From the NCBI GenBank assembly GCA_041687335.1, contig JAWLCE010000006.1:6620-70619 (forward strand): 64,000 nt of DNA. Reading direction: 5' to 3'. The DNA comes from Sumerlaeia bacterium (GTDB lineage: Bacteria; Sumerlaeota; Sumerlaeia; MVZB01). The position numbers and the translations under genes are program-made. Shown here piece after piece: positions 59,934 through 64,000 of the stretch (its first letter is position 1; the number at the start of each line of letters is the position of its first letter). Below the pieces are notes generated by a model that saw only the letters and a list, made by a program, of their open reading frames with translations, made no database searches and was not told the origin of the DNA.

Positions 59934-60733
59934 TGCGCGTAATCCGGGTGATGCAGGCCTTCCTTTATCGCGACGCGCTGATGGCGACCAGCTATCGGCT
60001 GGCCTTCGTCATGCAGGTGGCCTCGCTGGGGCTGTCGGTGGTCTCGCTCTATTTCATGTCGCGGCTGGTCGGCGCGCGCCCCGAGATCGACCAGTATGGC
60101 GGCTATCTGCCCTTCGCCGTCGTGGGGATGGCGATGGCCGGCTTCCTCACGACCGGCTTCAGCAGCCTGTCCGGGGCCATCCGTTCCGAACAGATGATGG
60201 GCACCCTGGAGTCGGTGCTGATGACGCCGGCGCGGCTGCCCTGGATCGTGATCGCCTCGAGCCTCTGGAGCTTCATCTGGGCGATTTTGACGGCGGCGGC
60301 GACGCTGGGGGCGGCCTGGCTCTTCTTCGGCATCGAGTTCCGCGGCAACCTGCTGATGGCCGCGGCGTTGGTCGCGCTGACGACGCTGACCTTCAGCTGT
60401 TTGGGCATCCTTTCAGCCAGCTTCATCATGGTCTTCAAGCGCGGCGACCCGCTCGCCTTCCTGACCGGCTCGCTCTCCTACCTGCTGGGGGGCGTCTTCT
60501 ACCCGATCTCGATCCTGCCGGTGTGGATGCAGAAGCTGTCCAACCTGTTGCCGATCAAGCATGGGCTGGAGGGCCTGCGCGACGTCCTGCTGGTGGGTCG
60601 CCCCGCCGCCGAGGTGGTGCCCCAATTGCTGATTCTGCTGCTCTTCTGCGCCATCGGCCTGCCGCTGAGCCTGCTCTGCTTCCGCTGGGCCGTCAGCATC
60701 GCCCAACGCGAAGGCAGCCTCCTGCATTATTGA
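59930..60733 (+). CDS. ABC-2 type transporter permease
   Basis: Six TM segments, EQMMGTLE, GGVFYPISILPVW; ATGA-coupled to the ATPase. Confidence 0.92.
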   Translation: MMRVIRVMQAFLYRDALMATSYRLAFVMQVASLGLSVVSLYFMSRLVGARPEIDQYGGYLPFAVVGMAMAGFLTTGFSSLSGAIRSEQMMGTLESVLMTPARLPWIVIASSLWSFIWAILTAAATLGAAWLFFGIEFRGNLLMAAALVALTTLTFSCLGILSASFIMVFKRGDPLAFLTGSLSYLLGGVFYPISILPVWMQKLSNLLPIKHGLEGLRDVLLVGRPAAEVVPQLLILLLFCAIGLPLSLLCFRWAVSIAQREGSLLHY

Positions 60734-60764
60734 TGGGCGTCCATTCGTGACCGCCTAAAATCTT

Positions 60765-61150
60765 CTCATTTTCGTGTCAATTCTCCTCATTTGGTGTGCA
60801 TTCGTGATCGTATGGACCCGGTCTGCCCTGCCCCTCTGCCGTCCTCACTTTCGTGTCCATTCCTCCCCCATTCGTGTCCATTCGTGCCCGCCTCGGAATC
60901 ACATCCGGCCCCAAAAAACTCTGCGTTGCCTCTGCGCCCTCTGCGACTTTGCGGTTCAACTCCCATCCCGCCGTCCTCATTTTCGTGTCAATTCCTCCCC
61001 ATTCGTGTCCATTCGTGAACGCCTTGAATCCGATCTACTCTGCCTCCCCCGCACCCAGACCACCCTCCAGTCCTGCCGTCCTCATTTTCGTGTTAATTCC
61101 TCCCCCTTTCGTGACCATTCGTGAACGTATGAATCCGACCTACCCTGCCC
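60765..61150. repeat. Four copies of a ~50-75 bp non-palindromic ttcgtg-rich repeat
   Basis: gccgtcctcattttcgtgtcaattcctccccattcgtgtccattcgtgaac-type units at ~60765, 60838, 60970 and 61075; interleaved ctctgcg repeat at ~60919-60958. Confidence 0.8.
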
Positions 61151-61854
61151 CCCCCCGCCCTCCGCTCATAATTTGGTTGCTTCCAGCGGAGCTCTAAATT
61201 ATCTTTCAGCCGATGAAGTTTCCGATCAAGCCGGCCCGCCCCGCCGCCGAAGCGTTCTATAACGCCTTCAGCCGCCGCGCGCGGCCTACGCAAGGAGGAT
61301 CAACGGGCGGCAGGAAGCCGCAGATGAGCTGGGCGCAATGATGCAGCCGGCTGCAAAGATGCTGAAGACCCTTGCATCCGATTGCAGTTTGGCCGCCGCC
61401 GCGCCGCTCGTCGCCGGTAAGTTATACCTTTCAAATTGAGAATTTTCGGCTGCCCGAGTGTTTTTTGAGAAAACTGCCAATGCGTTTTAAATTGGCATCC
61501 TGATTGCTTAGGTAGCCTTGGGCTCAGGTTTCCCCCGACCCCCGATCGGCCCCCCGGCCGCCGCTGGAGCCAGGGTTTGGCCGCGGCGGGGGCACGGAAA
61601 AACCCCGAGCCGTGCCCCGTGCGACTGAACGAACCGGCCGACCCTGGGACCCCCGCGCGACCCGCGCCGCCCCCCCCGGCCCCCCCAGCCGGAGCAGCGC
61701 TGAACCCTCCGGCCCCCATCGCCCCACCACCCCCCGGCGCGAAGCATCCCCCTTCGCCGCATGGGCGAAGCCTGAGCTATTTTTGGACATCCTGCCCAAA
61801 ACCAGTTGAATCAATGCCTGAACAAGCCATCAAGTATCCGAGAGGCGTTGCGCC

Positions 61855-62781
61855 ATGATCCGTAAGGGCATCATCCTGGCCGGTGGCGCGGGGAGTCGCC
61901 TCTACCCCCTGACGCTGGTGGCCAGCAAGCAGCTCCAGGCTGTCTATGACAAGCCGATGATCTACTACCCGCTGACCACGCTGATGCTGGGCGGGGTCCG
62001 TGAGTTCTGCCTGATCTCGACGCCGCACGATCTGCCGCGCTTTGAGGGCCTGCTCGGCGACGGCAGCCATTGGGGCCTGACCATCACCTACCGCGAGCAG
62101 CCCCACCCGGGCGGGCTGGCGCAGGCTTACCTCATCGCCGAGGATTTCATCGCCGGCGAGCCCGTCTCGATGATCCTGGGCGACAACGTCTTCCATGGCC
62201 TGTTCAATTTCCGGCGCATCTTCGGCCAGTTCACGCGCGGCGGCCATGTCTTTGCCTACCCCGTCAATGATCCCGAGCGCTATGGCGTGGTGGAGTTCGA
62301 TTCCACCGGGCGTGCGATCTCGGTTGAGGAGAAGCCGAGTAAGCCCAGATCGCGCTATGCGATTCCTGGGCTCTACCTGTTCGACGGCCGTGTGGCCTCG
62401 GTCTGCCGCGGCATCAAGCCCTCGCCGCGGGGCGAGCTCGAGATCACCGAGGTCATCAAGCATTACCTTGAGCTGGATGAGCTGACGGTCTCGGTGCTTG
62501 GCCGCGGGTTTGCCTGGCTCGATACCGGCACCAGCAGCAGCCTCAAGGAGGCCAGCGACTTCATCGCGCTGGTCGAGGCCCGCCAGAGCCTCAAGATCGG
62601 CTGCCCCGAAGAAGTCGCCCGCCGCATGGGTTTCATCAGCCAGCCGGCGTTCGAGACCTTGGTCGGGGGAATGCCCAACTGTGCTTATGCCGACTACCTG
62701 CGTGAGCTGGTGCGTGAGCTGGCTGAACTGGGCGCAGGCAATATGCCGGCCTTGCCCGCCGAAACGGAGTCCCTGATATGA
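61855..62781 (+). CDS. rfbA: Glucose-1-phosphate thymidylyltransferase
   Basis: KGIILAGGAGSRLYP, YDKPMIYYPL, LGDN, EEKP, RGELEIT, WLDTGT. Confidence 0.96.
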   Translation: MIRKGIILAGGAGSRLYPLTLVASKQLQAVYDKPMIYYPLTTLMLGGVREFCLISTPHDLPRFEGLLGDGSHWGLTITYREQPHPGGLAQAYLIAEDFIAGEPVSMILGDNVFHGLFNFRRIFGQFTRGGHVFAYPVNDPERYGVVEFDSTGRAISVEEKPSKPRSRYAIPGLYLFDGRVASVCRGIKPSPRGELEITEVIKHYLELDELTVSVLGRGFAWLDTGTSSSLKEASDFIALVEARQSLKIGCPEEVARRMGFISQPAFETLVGGMPNCAYADYLRELVRELAELGAGNMPALPAETESLI

Positions 62782-62899
62782 TCAAGCCATTGACAAACCG
62801 ATCCTCGTGACGCGGCCCTTCCTGCCGCTGCTCAAGGAATTCCAGCAGGCGCCGGCCAGAATCCAAATGATTGCCAGATGGGGGAAAGGGCGCAGCTAA
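62778..62899 (+). pseudogene. Frameshifted, truncated 5' remnant of a VioA-like DegT-family aminotransferase
   Basis: ATGA overlap with rfbA gives MIKP. After a 1-nt shift the frame reads DKPILVTRPFLPLLKEFQ, like VioA-type N-termini, and ends at TAATG overlapping the next start. Confidence 0.6.
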
Positions 62900-63831
62900 T
62901 GGAGACGATAACAAACTATTTTCACCCCCAGGCAATTGTTGAAGATGGTGCATCCATTGGGGAGAACACTCGCGTCTGGGCCTATGCCCATATCTTGCCC
63001 GGCGCCGTGATCGGCAGGGATTGCAACATCTGCGATCAGGTCTTCATCGAGAATGATGTGGTGGTTGGCAACCGGGTGACGATCAAATGCGGCGTGCAGC
63101 TGTGGGACGGCGTGCGACTGGAAGATGATGTGTTCGTGGGGCCGAACGCCACTTTCACCAACGACCGGTTCCCGCGCAGCAAGCAATATCCCGATGCCTT
63201 CACCAAGACAGTGGTCAGTGTGGGCGCGTCGATCGGCGCGAATGCGACGATCCTGCCCGGCTTGAAGATCGGGCGCGGGGCGATGGTGGGGGCCGGCGCC
63301 GTGGTGACCCGTGACGTGCCGCCCAACGCGATTGTAGTGGGAAACCCAGCCAGGATCACCGGCTATGTTGATGCGCCCTCCAAGCCGACGATTGCAGAGA
63401 GTCGCGATAGCAAGTGTGTGTCATCGTCTGTGGATGGGGTGGTGATCCGGGAAATCCAGCATGTCAAGGACCTGCGGGGAGACATTTCCGTCGCGGAAGT
63501 GCTGAAGGATATTCCCTTCGACCCACGGCGCATTTTTTTCGTCTATAATGTTCCCGATTCTCGGATACGCGGAGAGCATGCCCACAAAACGCTGCACGAA
63601 CTGCTCGTTTGCGTTCAGGGTTCCATATCTGTTGTGGTGGATGATGGCAGAAAAAGGGAGGAATTCCGACTCGACCGTCCTTGGATCAGCCTCTACATCC
63701 CTCCACGCGTGTGGAGGATTCACTATAAGTATTCACGGGATGCTATTCTGGCGGTCGCCGCTTCGCATGAATATGATTGCTCAGACTATATACGCGATTA
63801 CAACGAGTTCCTGGAGCTTGTGCGGCGATGA
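62899..63831 (+). CDS. WxcM-like bifunctional N-acetyltransferase (hexapeptide repeats) / dTDP-4-keto-6-deoxyglucose 3,4-isomerase (FdtA/QdtA cupin)
   Basis: Hexapeptide repeats with FTNDRFPRS and VVGNPAR; C-terminal DLRGDI, RGEHAHK, YIRDY. Confidence 0.9.
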   Translation: METITNYFHPQAIVEDGASIGENTRVWAYAHILPGAVIGRDCNICDQVFIENDVVVGNRVTIKCGVQLWDGVRLEDDVFVGPNATFTNDRFPRSKQYPDAFTKTVVSVGASIGANATILPGLKIGRGAMVGAGAVVTRDVPPNAIVVGNPARITGYVDAPSKPTIAESRDSKCVSSSVDGVVIREIQHVKDLRGDISVAEVLKDIPFDPRRIFFVYNVPDSRIRGEHAHKTLHELLVCVQGSISVVVDDGRKREEFRLDRPWISLYIPPRVWRIHYKYSRDAILAVAASHEYDCSDYIRDYNEFLELVRR

Positions 63832-64000
63832 CTGAACCGATTCCATTTCTGGACCTGAAGGCGGGCTACCTCGAGCTGAAGGAGGAAATGGACGAGGCCT
63901 GCCGTCGGGTATTTGACTCAGGATGTTATATCTTGGGCGAGGAGGTGGAGCAGTTTGAACAGGAATTTGCCCAATACTGCGAAGCGAAGCATTGTATCGC
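63828..64000 (+). CDS. DegT/DnrJ/EryC1/StrS aminotransferase (FdtB/QdtB-like), truncated by the window edge
   Basis: Own translation: MTEPIPFLDLKAGYLELKEEMDEACRRVFDSGCYILGEEVEQFEQEFAQYCEAKHCI; ATGA overlap with the upstream gene. Confidence 0.88.
   Translation, partial: MTEPIPFLDLKAGYLELKEEMDEACRRVFDSGCYILGEEVEQFEQEFAQYCEAKHCI

Noticed and set aside
60765-61150. CRISPR array
   Set aside because: Repeats are degenerate, spacing is irregular and the intervening sequences resemble each other.

Overview
High-GC chromosomal segment from a diderm bacterium. The protein styles suggest a PVC-like or candidate-phylum organism, and a C-terminal WxxY tail hints at Ca. Sumerlaeota/BRC1, but this is inference only. 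Most of the window is core and envelope genes: a fused CcsBA cytochrome c synthase, exeA/exeB, a sigma54 two-component system, rnhB, phosphohexomutase, phoD, ABC-F, ahpC/ahpD, tkt, pilMN/pilO with an O-antigen-ligase-like protein, fabI, rsmE, iscA and ispH. Main highlights: (1) a lasso-peptide-type RiPP cassette (HPr-kinase-like kinase, lasso cyclase, 45-aa precursor with an unusual core, ABC-2 exporter) inside a surface-polysaccharide locus (wecB, wecA, rfbA, fdt genes), with no B1/B2 gene visible in the window; (2) a likely oriC at 18.6-19.1 kb that is not next to dnaA; (3) several REP-type repeat families, including a TA-flanked 159-bp MITE that has split a REP doublet; (4) a frameshifted vioA-like remnant marking a sugar-pathway replacement; (5) two candidate structured ncRNAs/leaders. 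No rRNA, tRNA or CRISPR array was recognised. All calls come from reading the sequence by eye; no database searches were run.
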